From: Eremomyces bilateralis CBS 781.70
Lineage: Eukaryota
Assembly (NCBI GenBank): GCA_010015585.1
Contig: ML975151.1
Length of the DNA: 64,000 nucleotides
Strand: one strand, 5' to 3'
A program made the translations under genes and the position numbers. Under the pieces are notes generated by a model. The model searched no databases. It was not told where the DNA came from and was given only the letters and a program-made list of their open reading frames with translations. Shown here one piece after another: positions 1 through 11,295 of this stretch. Each line of letters begins with the position of its first letter. Within the stretch, counting starts at the first letter, position 1.

Positions 1-1384
1 CACCCAAGCTGACTCGTACAATTCCCGTTGGTTTCCCTTCTCCGACCCAGCCTTCTCCATCTTCAACTCCGCATCTAGCACCGGCGGAGAAATTGCGTCG
101 GAGTTCCCATGGCGCTAAAGAAAGTGCAGCCGATACACCGCCGGGGTTGCAAACGCCTCCAGTTCGTAAGCTTATATTTCGTACGGCAGCGAGCTTTTCA
201 ACTTCTGCATGCTGGACACATGTACCGCTTGGAGTTTCGAAGTTCAGGGCTATTGTTGATCCTTGCATTTTCATATCGGTATAGCCCGAGTCGGGATCGG
301 TGTAAATTTGGCAGACCGGCGTGCCAGAGGGATGACGCAGAGACTTCAGCTCCGAATAAAGTCTCTGGGTCAGGAAAGAAACGTGCCTTGAGATGCGTTC
401 AAAGGACCCAAATAAGTCGCGATGAACGGATACCGCAGACTGAAGGGCCAGGATGCTATGAATTGGGAGGGTACCGTCTTCCAAGTGCGAGTGCGGCGAG
501 TCATTCTTCTTTAAATGCCATTGCTCCTGTAAGCACAGGACGAGGTCAACGGTGCCGCCTCCAAAGTACTTGCGCCGTGTCATGATAGCGCTAGACGACT
601 TTCGGACAATCAAGGCGCCTAGGTCTGGAAACCCGAAGATTTTGTAGAAGCTCAGAACCGTAAAGTCGGGCGCAGCATCGGCATCACTTAAATCCAGTGG
701 ACAAGTAGCGACGAGCGCGGCGGCGTCAAGAAGGGTGTAGACTGGTTGACCAGGTGGGCTCTTGGAACGGATTTCACGACTCCACCGGAGTGGTAGTCGG
801 TAACCGTTCATGTTTGATTGCGCGGGAAAGGTGAAAAGGCGATGCATGAACTGTTGTTCTTTGCTACGACATCCATTCCGGATCCAGTCGTCCACTGCTT
901 CTTTCGATTCGAAACATTGGTGTTGCATTGCGACCTCTCGACCGCCCACAATACTGGTGTGTGAGTCCCGATGGTATCCATACCAGAAGCCGCTCTGACA
1001 GTCGCGAAAGGCATCGATCACAAGTTTCACCCCCGCCGTCGCATTAGCGACGAAGACAACATCAAATTCATTTGGATCCGCTTTGACCATGTGAAGGACG
1101 TCCAATCGGACGTTTTCGATCATTTGAGTGGTTGTCTGGGATGCAGTGCTCGAAGAATGCGGATTACCATGCATGTTTGAGATCATGTTGGCGGAGAACC
1201 GCTCCAGCAATGAACGGGGAACTGGGGGAGTGCCAGCATTATCGAGGTAAAGAGAATCTATTATCATTATCAGTATTTCTCAACCAAATTATGGAAGGAT
1301 CCCAATACCTGTTAACGACGGATACTCTCGCTGCCGGAGGGATTCAATGTGGGAGTTGTATTCTACGTCTCCAAGCTCTTCCAT
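1..1384 (-). CDS. hxB: Molybdenum cofactor sulfurase (MOCOS/HxB), 5' part; gene continues beyond the window start
   Basis: Hand-translated because it is not in the ORF track. Exon 1 1384..1309 gives MEELGDVEYNSHIESLRQREYPSLT. Intron 1308..1258 (GTATTG..ATAG). The frame is then open to position 1 with YLDNAGT, GNPHS, FVANATAGVKLV, FPAQSNMNG, LLDAAALV, PDFTVLSFYKIFGFPDLGALIVRK (PLP lysine), YFGGGTV, EDGTLP, LRTGGVCNPGG, GKPTGIVRVSLG. Confidence 0.93.
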
Positions 1385-2009
1385 GGTGAACACCGGCCTC
1401 AACGACGCCACCTTATAAGTGTCCAAAAGAGTTGAATATTAGAGAAGAATAAACGACACTTCAATTATTACTTTGGAGACGAGGAAATTGAGCAGTTATG
1501 AAATTCATTGAATCAACTCATTCTTGCGACCTATAGGCTGGATTCCGTCCTGGCTTCAGGATGTGCAGCCGTCTGGTCGAGACAGTCGGAGGACGCCGAC
1601 GGGGCAAACTGCCAGAGGGGACCTAACTGAAGCTGCTAAGATAACGTCTATTACTCACCCAAGGCCATCCTGGGCAGCATATTTTCAGCTGAAAATGCGC
1701 CTATTAGGCGTACCACTGTAATTGGAGAGGAATATTGGAAATTACAGAGTATGAAGTGAATATTGGATAGAAATCCGATTAGAATGAGCATCGTGAAGTA
1801 GATCACGTGTGCGACTTACAACAATGCACGTGATGTGGTTGTATGAACCATTGACGCCTTGTTGCCTGAGGCATGAAAGCATGGCATCAGAACAAAGTGA
1901 GCCGCCTGCGCTGTTAAGGACTACAAGATACTTTTATTGCGCCATACATTGGGCGATCAGCTTTATTCACACCGGGCACATTGGTATATATGTGTCTGGA
2001 ATAGACTCA

Positions 2010-4083
2010 ATGGCTTCACCACGGTCTGGAAAACGGAGTCGCGAAGATATGGAGCGGAATAGCATGCTAGCGGAAGGGCCAGATGGTTGAGCAGCCCATG
2101 AACATACCGTAAATACAACAGTGCTAACAACATACAAGACAGTTCATCCGATGATGACATTGGCCCAACTCTACCTTCGGCTATGCCAAAGAAAAAGCGA
2201 CGGAAGCTTCCTTTCGAAAAGCTTTTTATAGCTGCTCTTCCCTCCTCTCCACGATACTCCAAGTCTTTGATGCATCGCGATCAGCTCTGCTTCAGCCTTT
2301 TCACTCCCCATACGGACTTCCTCATAACCAGTTCGGTGGACGGTGTCGTAAAGTTCTGGAAGAAAGTCCAAGACGGCGTGGACTTCGTCAAGGAGTTCCG
2401 CGCTCATAATGGCGAGATCAAGAGCTTAAGTGTCAGTGCGGACGGACGGAGTCTTGCTACAGCCGGTGGAGACGGCACTGTCAAAGTCTTCGACGTGATC
2501 ACTTTTGGTAAGCCGGATTGGTGTGGTCGTGCGGATGGCGCTTACAGGCTATAGATCTTCTGTTCATCTTCACCCCTGACGAGAAACCTATTTGTGTTTG
2601 TTGGGTCCACGCCCGGGGAGCATCCCTTCCCCTTCTCGCCGTATCCACGGAGAAAGATCCAAGCATTCGAATATATGATGGTCGAGGGGAGAACCAGTCG
2701 CCTATCCACGTGCTGAAACATATCCATCGCAAGCCCGTAATCTTGATGACTTTCAACAACGAATTCGACTGCGTCATTTCTGCTGATGAAGGCGGAATGT
2801 TAGAATACTGGAGACCCAGTGGAACATTTGAAAAGCCGGACAGTGTCTTTGAGATGAAGAGCAGTACCAGTTTGTTCGAATTCAAGAAGGCCAAATCCGT
2901 CCCCACCTGCCTATCGATCTCGCCTAATGGCACGCAGTTTGCGACCTATTCATTTCCCGATCGCAAAGTTCGAGTCTTCGATTTCAAGTCAGGGAAGCTA
3001 TATCGGTCGTATGACGAATCTATCGCCACCATAATCGACATGCAGCAGGCGGGAACATCTGCAGAACAGTTGGATGACGTGGATTTTGGGCGCCGATTGG
3101 CCGTCGAGCGAGAACTTGATACTGCTGGGATACGGAACCGTGTCAATGTTGTCTTTGATGAAACGGGGAACTTCATCCTTTACGGCTCTATATTGGGTAC
3201 GAAAGTCATCAACACCCTCACAAACCGAGTTGTGAAGTTGTACGGAAAAGAAGAGCCTTTTCGACCATTGAACCTGGCCCTATATCAAGGGCAGCCACAA
3301 AAGAAGAGTGTTGTCACCGTTGAGATGGCCGCAAGCGAAAATCCTCTACTCCAAGAGGCTGAATCGAGAGACGCAGTTCTTGTTACTACTGGTGCGAGCA
3401 AGGTTCGGTTCTATATGTTCTCGAATGAGACGGAGTAAGGTTATGTTCCGAAGTCACAGAATCATTGTTAACTTCTGCCAGCATCAGTAAATCCGCTCGC
3501 GATGTCCAAAATGAGAAACCGCGAAACCTCAATACCGGCAAACAAAGCGAAAAGAAAGCTGCGGAACGTGGTACCTTAGCGGTCTTGCACACGACGTATG
3601 GTGACATCCACATTCGTCTCTTCCCAGAAGCTGCTCCAAAGGCAGTCGAGAACTTTGTCACTCATTCCAAGAATGGCTATTACAATAACGTCATCTTCCA
3701 CCGGGTCATTCGTAAATTCATGTTACAGACCGGTGATCCTCTTGGAGATGGGACAGGCGGGGAGAGCATTTGGGGAAAGGAATTCGAGGACGAATTTTCG
3801 AGCCTCAAGCACGATAAACCATACACTGTGAGTATGGCAAATGCTGGGGCCAATACAAACGGATCGCAATTCTTCATTACCACCGAAAAAACTGTGAGTA
3901 TATCCCGACCCATTGAAGCGCGTTTGACAAGCTGATGTCCTGCAGCCATGGCTTGATAACAAGCATACGATCTTTGGCCGAGCTGTTCAAGGCTTGGACG
4001 TTGTCCACAAGATCGAAAATACCCGAGTTCGCAAAGAAAAGCCGGAGGAAGACATCAAAATCATCAATATCTCCATCGAGTAG
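2010..4083 (+). CDS. cyp15: WD40-repeat peptidyl-prolyl isomerase (PPWD1/Cyp15 type cyclophilin), multi-exon
   Basis: N-terminal [17 protein letters not shown]40 region ([23 protein letters not shown]), then cyclophilin domain ([55 protein letters not shown]). Four GT-AG introns; stop TAG at 4081-4083. Confidence 0.93.
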
Positions 4084-4587
4084 ATCGAGCGGTCCTATCG
4101 ACTTACCAACAAAGGGGTTATTACTGTACAGTGCACGCTGCGTAATTGAAGACAGGCTTGACCTGCTCGAATCAGTCCCCCTTTCCGAACTAAGCTAAAG
4201 TATGTATTACAGCCATTTGGCATATACTCCAGATCTCAGCGCGTTCGCACATGAAAGCTCGCATCTTAAATTCGGTTCCGTCCTAGGCCATTATGACACT
4301 AGTAAGCAAGATGCAAAGGATTGTCGAAGGTTGTAGCTCCTATGCTTCTAACATCACGTCTACCATGCAACCTTACTCCCTCCCTACGCCGCTCGACGAG
4401 CAGTGGGTTAAGACCACAATCGGACCGCGATGCCATGGAATCCAGGCTAGCAAATGGTCCATTGACCTCCTAGTTGTGACGACGATGACAATGACACCCT
4501 AAGGACAGCATCCCTGCCCATCTCCTTCAATCGTACATGTGATTCATCATTATTCCCTTTTCGGACTATTCCTCTGACCGCGGCCTT

Positions 4588-4644
4588 TTCTTCTTCTTCT
4601 TCTTCTTCTTCTTCTTCTTCTTCTTCTTCTTCTTCTTCTTCTTC
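4588..4644. repeat. (TTC)n microsatellite, about 19 units
   Basis: Perfect TTC run seen directly in intergenic sequence. Confidence 0.97.
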
Positions 4645-4993
4645 CGCTCCTAACAGTCTGCCTATCCAGCCCTGCAGAACCAATTACTAACGGATCAACA
4701 ACCAGCCTTATCGTCTTCTTTCAACTATGTCAAATCCATTTCCCCATCGGCACCGGAAAGTATACATTGCCAGGAGGCCAACAGTTCTAAGATGTACGGG
4801 TTCGCAGGTCATGTTTCTTTCATCGATCACCACTATGATATCTGCCTATGCACCAACCCTTATGGTTTTCCCTTTGCATCATATTTCATTCGGACAGAAG
4901 GTATACATAGCGTTCCATTATACCGCAGGCTAGCTTACAAGTGATAGCTCAACAAATACGAAATCCCTCTGAGTTGTACAATGCTCAGCAATG

Positions 4994-5916
4994 TCAAAAC
5001 AGCGATGCAATGCTCAAACAGAATGTAGCCATGGCTAGAACGAGGGTGCTCCTCCCAAGCCTTGCGACGGCACCGTTCTCTGTATTTCCCACGATGCCCT
5101 GGCCGCTAAATTGGCTATTCGAGACCTGGTTGCCAACATTCGCATCAAACTGTCCTATGACATTACCTCGGGGGCTGAATACGCATGCCATAACCCACAC
5201 TGGTTCTCCTTGCAACACATTCTCCAACCCCTGCCCAGTTGGCTTGTTGGCCGTCAACTTTCCGCTCCCTTTCCATGGGCCTTGGGCAGGCGTCCGACTC
5301 TGTGTGAAAGCGCCTGTGTTCATGAAATTTCTGTCCTCCGGATTACCAAACCGTGATACTATCTCAGCAGGATTGCAATTTGATCGACCGCAACCGAACT
5401 GCGTCGAATTCTTCCATACGAGTTGGGTGAAATCTATTGTTCGATGCGAAAACCCGATGGATTCGGTATTGGAGAAGTTGAGGAACCGCCGTTGGCTGCC
5501 CCAGCTGTCAACTGCTTCGGTGACATCGTGAAAGCCAAGGGCAAGATTTTTCCCGATTGATAGGTGCACAAACTTGTATTGGACTGCGATTAGTTCGTCT
5601 TCGTCGTAAGTGGGAAGACCCGTACATTGCGTTTATCCAATTTTTTCCATGCACACGTCGTGGCATCAGCAGCAATCTCTGCTAGGGTATCATTCCAAGT
5701 TAACGAAGCGGCACTGTGCTGCTGTCGGTATGTGTTTGTCGAATTAAGGCAGGTCTCGCGGAAGCGTGTGTCGTCCGTGAAAGTCGGCGATGTCGAGCTT
5801 GTTGGCTGAGGGACTGGAGATGCTGCAGTGCTTGATGATGGGATTCCTTGACTCGAGACGACAGAAAATAGAACCCATACAGATAGGAAAGAATTGAAAA
5901 GAGTGTTGGTCGCCAT
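4994..5916 (-). CDS. Secreted CAP/SCP/PR-1 family protein (Pry-like), probably GPI-anchored
   Basis: Signal-peptide-like MATNTLFNSFLSVWVLFSVVSS, Ser/Thr-rich linker, CAP motifs NTYRQQH..LTWNDTLA, GKNLA, FTQLVWKNSTQFGCG, CVFSPRGNV, hydrophobic C-terminus. One intron near 5575-5625 with uncertain exact junctions. Confidence 0.85.
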
Positions 5917-6937
5917 CACACTCCAGAACGTAGTGGTAGGATTTTTAACGAAGCAGCAGGTCGAAAACGACTGTGGAAGGGAGATGCATTTGATAACCAG
6001 TATACACGATATTGTCGCTGGATTTAAGAACTTACTAAAAGCATCTGGCAGGAAACCGAGATGCTGTAAATGCAATTCAAACGCAATTTACTTTATTCAA
6101 GGCACATAGGCCAGAATGTGGTTGGATGGAGTTGAATCGATGGCTCGCAATGTGAGACGCGATATGAGGCAGTTTTCTTAGCGGTAGGGGGTACCATGTT
6201 GATACAGTCAGTTAGCCCATCCCTAATGAATTTCGCAACAGGGAGTATTCTTGGAGCGACACCTTGCCTATTATAGTAAGTACATAATAGTAATACTAAC
6301 TTAGGCAGGTCACGGCTAGATTACTCTGATCTTATTATTGTTCCGTCATCTCGTCTCAACTTCACTTATCTATTCACCCCACCTGGGCCTCGCCGAGAGG
6401 CCTGACGGGCGTATGAATCTCTCTAACATAATTGCTTTAATCATTTCCGGTATTCCGTACCTGTGGACCTCACTTAGGTTTGGGCACTGCGGGCTCGGAA
6501 GTGCTCCGTCTGTCTGCCAATGTGGTCGCTGACACCAAATAGAGCACGAAGCCATCATCTAAACCACAACGACACACTGAGATGGAAGTATGGACGTAAC
6601 TCTCTGTATTCAATAAGAAGAATGCCTCCGATCGCTCAAATAGATTACTGGTTGTAAAGCGTGACAGGAGTTGATCCGAGACACGAATAGCTGCAGAGCC
6701 CAGAGTCATTCTTCACGCCAGGCTGATTCTTGACACGACGGAGAAGGAGAACCCTCTATAGCTATCTCAGCTGCACATAATCCGTGACTTCATCTTGGAG
6801 CCACTAGTGTAAGGTGCTTTGCGAATGACCAAACCTAGACCCAAGTCCCGGGTGCATAAGGTACTGTTCCCCGAATGCGCCGTGAATGAGTGTATTTGCC
6901 TCATACATTTGGTCAGCAGTAGAAGGGGCTCTTCTCT

Positions 6938-8360
6938 TCAACGGTTCAATACAGTAAAGGCAAAGCCATCATCATCATCATCATCATCGTTCAAGTTCAG
7001 CTCATCGAATCTGAAGGCCTTCTCCAAAGCCTCCTGAGCATCGGGACTGTCACTCCTTTGATCCAGTCCCAGAAGCTTGCGAAGATCCGCCTCCTCGCTT
7101 CCCTGATCAAGGGTCATTATTTTCTGTTGCTGAGCTTGCGAGCTAGGCGCCTGGTTGTCATGGACAGCGTCTGCTTTTACCATCGAAACCGGTTTCCTGA
7201 GTCGAGATGATGCGGATCTGCCATGGGCATAACCGAGTGTACTCCTCGCTGCTGCAGTAGCTACGGCATGTCGAGAGGCGTCTGCAGGGTTTGGGATAGG
7301 GGTCGGTTTCGGTTTTCTTGACAGTAAAGGGGCGCTGGCTTTTAGAGAAGGGCGGTTTGCAACTGGCCGTGGTTGGCGAGCAGTGGAGAGTGCAGAAGCC
7401 GCCGATTTTGCCTTGAGTGTATTGACGGTCGAATTTGGTTTTGCCATCGGTCTCCCCGATCGATTCAGACGGTTGATATGTGGACCACGTTCGCCTGTCT
7501 GTTTGGAGGATTGTGAGGCCGACTGTCCATCCGTTGGACCGTCCGGAAACATGTCCTTGGCGATTCGGTCAATCTCTTGGAACGTCTTTTCGACATGCTT
7601 CAGCCCATTCTCTTCTAGATATCGATCATCGGCTGCCAGATCTTCCCTCTGCTTTTTCTCTAGTCGAGAAACACCGTCCTGATCTACCGGATTTAAATAC
7701 TCGTCCGCCCATCCTTTCATCATGTTCTCCGATAGAAACTGCGGGTATTCCTTGTTTGGCCCAAACTCATCGTACGGATTGTCTTGCAGTGCCTTGTCCG
7801 CATCGTTTGAAGGCATGTGCTCAATGTCCGGTTCCGGTTCATTCTCCTGGGTTGCGATGTCGCCCTGATGGACCCGGAGTTTCGCACGGCGCAATCGTGG
7901 ACTCGTCGCCTTGAGTTGGGTCTTCTCAGGGCTCGGGTGAACCGTGATAGGGGCCGGTGTTTGGAACGCTTTGGTGGCCTTCGCATTGGTGGTCTTCAAC
8001 CCAAGTGGTGCACGAGGACGGATATCTTGGTTGCTCGTCAGCGATGATTTCCCCACGAATCCTCAAGAAACGCGCATGGTACTAACCAGTAGGTGTTTGG
8101 AAGATGCCGGGTTTCGTAGCGGTTTTCCGCTTGCCATCTAGTGCTTGAGGTGCCAGCCCCTTCCTCCCGGTTTTAAGGCCAGTCTCGGCCCCATTACCTG
8201 CCGCATTCTCGTCGTTGAGTTTAGACTTGAAGGGCGTTTTGGGGGCTCTCGGGCCTGGTGTTTTTATTGGATGAGAAGTCGACGTCTGGGCCCGCGTCTT
8301 TGCCGCAGCAGCAGTCTGTCGGTTGTGGAAAACATTCTCCTGGTCTCGCGTCGCGTACAT
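6938..8360 (-). CDS. Securin-like separase inhibitor (Pds1/Cut2 analogue)
   Basis: N-terminal DQEN and KTP CDK sites, D-box RAPLGLKTTN, and DIEHMP matching the securin pseudosubstrate motif; low-complexity overall. One intron at about 8027-8088 (GTTAGT..GCTGAC..AAG). Confidence 0.7.
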
Positions 8361-8947
8361 GGCTTCCTTCCTCCGTGGCGACTCGTCGAAGCAATGGGTT
8401 ATTCATCCATGGGGAGCCGGATAAGGTTGGAGAAGAAGGCGCAGGGAAAGGCGCATAGGACCAAATGAGTCGTTGTAGCTAGGTCGATGGGGGTTGAGGT
8501 GGACAGTATAGAAGTATGGACAAGCAGTGATCACAATTGATATGGATCGTCAGTCGTTGCTCTGTTGCTGTTGTTGCTGGGACACCCAGAGCCCAAACAT
8601 GTGGCGCAGCTGTGGTGGAAGGAATTGGCACGTGACTTTCAAGGTCTTGGACCCCGAGTGTGGCGGTGCTGCTGCCTCATGTTGACAAATGACACCTTGA
8701 CGCCTTATCTCCCCCCACTACAGTTTCCCCAGCTCGCGCCCTGAAAGCTCCAGTGGCCACCACCGCTCTGACACTCCTCTGCATCCACAGAATCATCTTC
8801 TGTTGACTGAAATCCACCGCTTCTCTTATCCGCTCTACACTTCATAAGACTCTCGCCTAAATCTTGCTCGGATTGCCCATTTGACTGCGTTGGAACAAAG
8901 CCTAGTCTCCCCTCTACACCTATCGGAACTCCACTCCTTCCCTCATC

Positions 8948-9576
8948 ATGGATGCCATCAAGCAGGTCAGCTAATTCGCCGGTTCTAACACCATGCACAT
9001 GTCACCACTCGTTCGACATGTCCTCGTGCGATGCTGACAGCTTCCGCTATAGAAAATGTCCGCCCTCCGCAAGGAGGCGGATGAGTCTGCCGCCCAGGTC
9101 GAGGAGCTGAAATCTCGTGTCAAGGTGCTCGAGCAAGAGAACCTGGGGAAGGAGCAGGAAATCACATCTTTGACCCATCGGAACCAAGTCCTGGAGTCCG
9201 AAGTGGAGAAGTTGGAGACCGCCATCAAGGATGCGAAGATGGTTGCCGACCAAGGTGCCCAGCATGGCTCGCAGAACGAGTCGCTCCAACGCAAACTACA
9301 ACTGCTCGAAGAAGAGGCCGAGGAAGCGGACCGGACGGTGCGAGAAACAAACGAGAAGTATGGCCTCCTGTCAATGTCTATCGTTATACATGGGCTGAGA
9401 GAATGTCACACAGGCTTCGACAGACCGACGTTAAAGCCGGTCACTACGAACGCAAGGTGCAAGCGCTTGAATCCGAGAAGGACCAGTGGGAGAAGAAGTT
9501 TGAGGAGATGGCCCAGAAATACACCGAGACCAAGAAAGAACTGGATGAATTCGCTCAGCAATTGAACGACATCTGA
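8948..9576 (+). CDS. TPM1: Tropomyosin
   Basis: MDAIKQ|KMSALRKEAD..EQENLGKEQEITSL..LQLLEEEAEEAD..ETNEK|LRQTDVKAGHYERKVQALE; continuous coiled coil; two introns. Confidence 0.95.
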
Positions 9577-9739
9577 AGACACCGGCTCAAGCACAGGTGG
9601 AACGACCGGTGTGGTCTGGCGTCTGATGAGCGGCTTGATTTCTTTTGCTCCGATCACCATGGTATATGCATGGATGCGGGACCTAAGCTTGTAATGGAGA
9701 TACATGAGATAAAGAGGAGTGTTTTTTGTATTGAAAACA

Positions 9740-10500
9740 TTACTTCCCTCGTCTCTGCTTAGCATGATCAGATTTCTTCTGCTTTTCTTTGCGCCTTCCA
9801 TGTGCCCGTTCGCCAACGCTCTCGTATCGGAACCTTTTCTTTCTCGTCTTGAGACTCTTATCGCCACCCCCCGTCTTTCCCTTGGATCTTGCAAAGCGTG
9901 ACCTTTTACGGTCTTTGACCACGTCCTTGCCATCCTTGCCATCCTTGCCACCCTTGCCATCCTTGCCATCGCCGTCCTCGTCATCACCGTCCTTCTGATG
10001 AGTTCCCACTTCATCCCCCGACTCCTCTCCGGATCCGATCTTCAGTAACCCGTCCCTGGTTACGTTTACGGGATCCACCGTGACTGTTGTGATCTCATCG
10101 TCGTCCTCGTATTCGGCTTGAGCACTGTCGACAATCCCGGTTTTGTCTGGAACAGTGTCTTCGTCGGCAGATTCGAGCGTTCCATTGGTATTCTTCCCGT
10201 GCTCTTCGCCATGGATGAGGGTATTAACCGTGTTTACGTGCTCTACTAACGCCCGTTTTCTCTCCTCACGGATCTATGTCAATTAGTATCTATTCAACCG
10301 TAATCGACGAGATGTCGCTCTACCTCTCTCCGATGTTGCCTCAACTCTTCCTTTTCTCTTTCGATTGCCTTCTCCCTAGCTTTGGTGGCTCGCTCCACTT
10401 TCCGTTTGTGGAATCCGGTAAGGTATTTCTCCCGCTCGGTGGGATCAAAAACAATCTCGACATCGTTTTCGACTTTGCGGCGTTTCGATGGTGGACCCAT
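9740..10500 (-). CDS. RRP17: Nucleolar protein Rrp17/Nop25 (NOL12 family)
   Basis: EIVFD...YLTGFHKRK signature, acidic middle region with TTVTV, C-terminal KKRFRYES; one intron at about 10276-10323. Confidence 0.88.
9924..9968. repeat. 9-bp coding tandem repeat (TCCTTGCCA)x5 encoding GKD repeats in Rrp17
   Basis: Seen directly; one unit has a single mismatch. Confidence 0.9.
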
Positions 10501-11295
10501 GGTTGTCCACGGGTATTTCTGCTGAATATTGCTCGTGTGCGATGTTCTTAAATCATAAAAAGTGTGTCAACGAGAGTGTTTAGCATGAAGGCAGATTTCC
10601 TGCGCCGATTCGAGGGTTCCGATCAATAGGTGTTGTGCAGTTATAGAGTCGAAGAGTCGAGACTGAGCTTGATGGAGGTCAAGAATTTCGCAAATGTTAG
10701 GCAATAAGGCAACAAGGCGTGAATTATCCTGGAACCTTAGCACAGCCCTGGCAGCCCACTGACGTTAGCGTGGTTAGTCAAGACTCTAGATTATGGATAT
10801 TGCATGCGGTGCATATGTACGGAGTAGTATCAGATGCACCAAGTTCACGGTCAGGTGCTCCAATTCTACCTGATTCATCTATTATCTAGTAGGATCTCTT
10901 AATAGACATGGACAGCTAGGTATCGAAATTCACAATTCAATCCGGTGGCTTGCAGGCACAGCAGAGAGTACGACGAGTATCAGGTAGCGGATCACCATAT
11001 TTACACCCCAGGCGTTCCACAGCCACTCTGTCAGAGAGGTAGGCACTTATGTACCTACATTCAGGCTCTCCAAATGAAGAGTTCGCTCACAACATCGGCC
11101 GTTAGATTAGGAAATTAGAGTAATCCAACATTCAGCACTCAAGTGGGGTATATAAACGAGCAAACGAAATTCAGGGGTTCGCAGAGACATGATGCCCCGA
11201 TTGAAAGGTATTCCAATCCACAACCACGACTGCGTGAATGGGGACGCGGAAGATCCACTGAAACAAACCTCCTAGATGGATCGAAGAGGAGATCT

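Noticed and set aside
93..1389. Plus-strand ORFs in the ORF track
   Set aside because: They are antisense shadows of hxB on the minus strand.
4447..4683. Poly-Glu ORF on the minus strand
   Set aside because: It is a by-product of the (TTC)n microsatellite; non-ATG start and no other coding signal.
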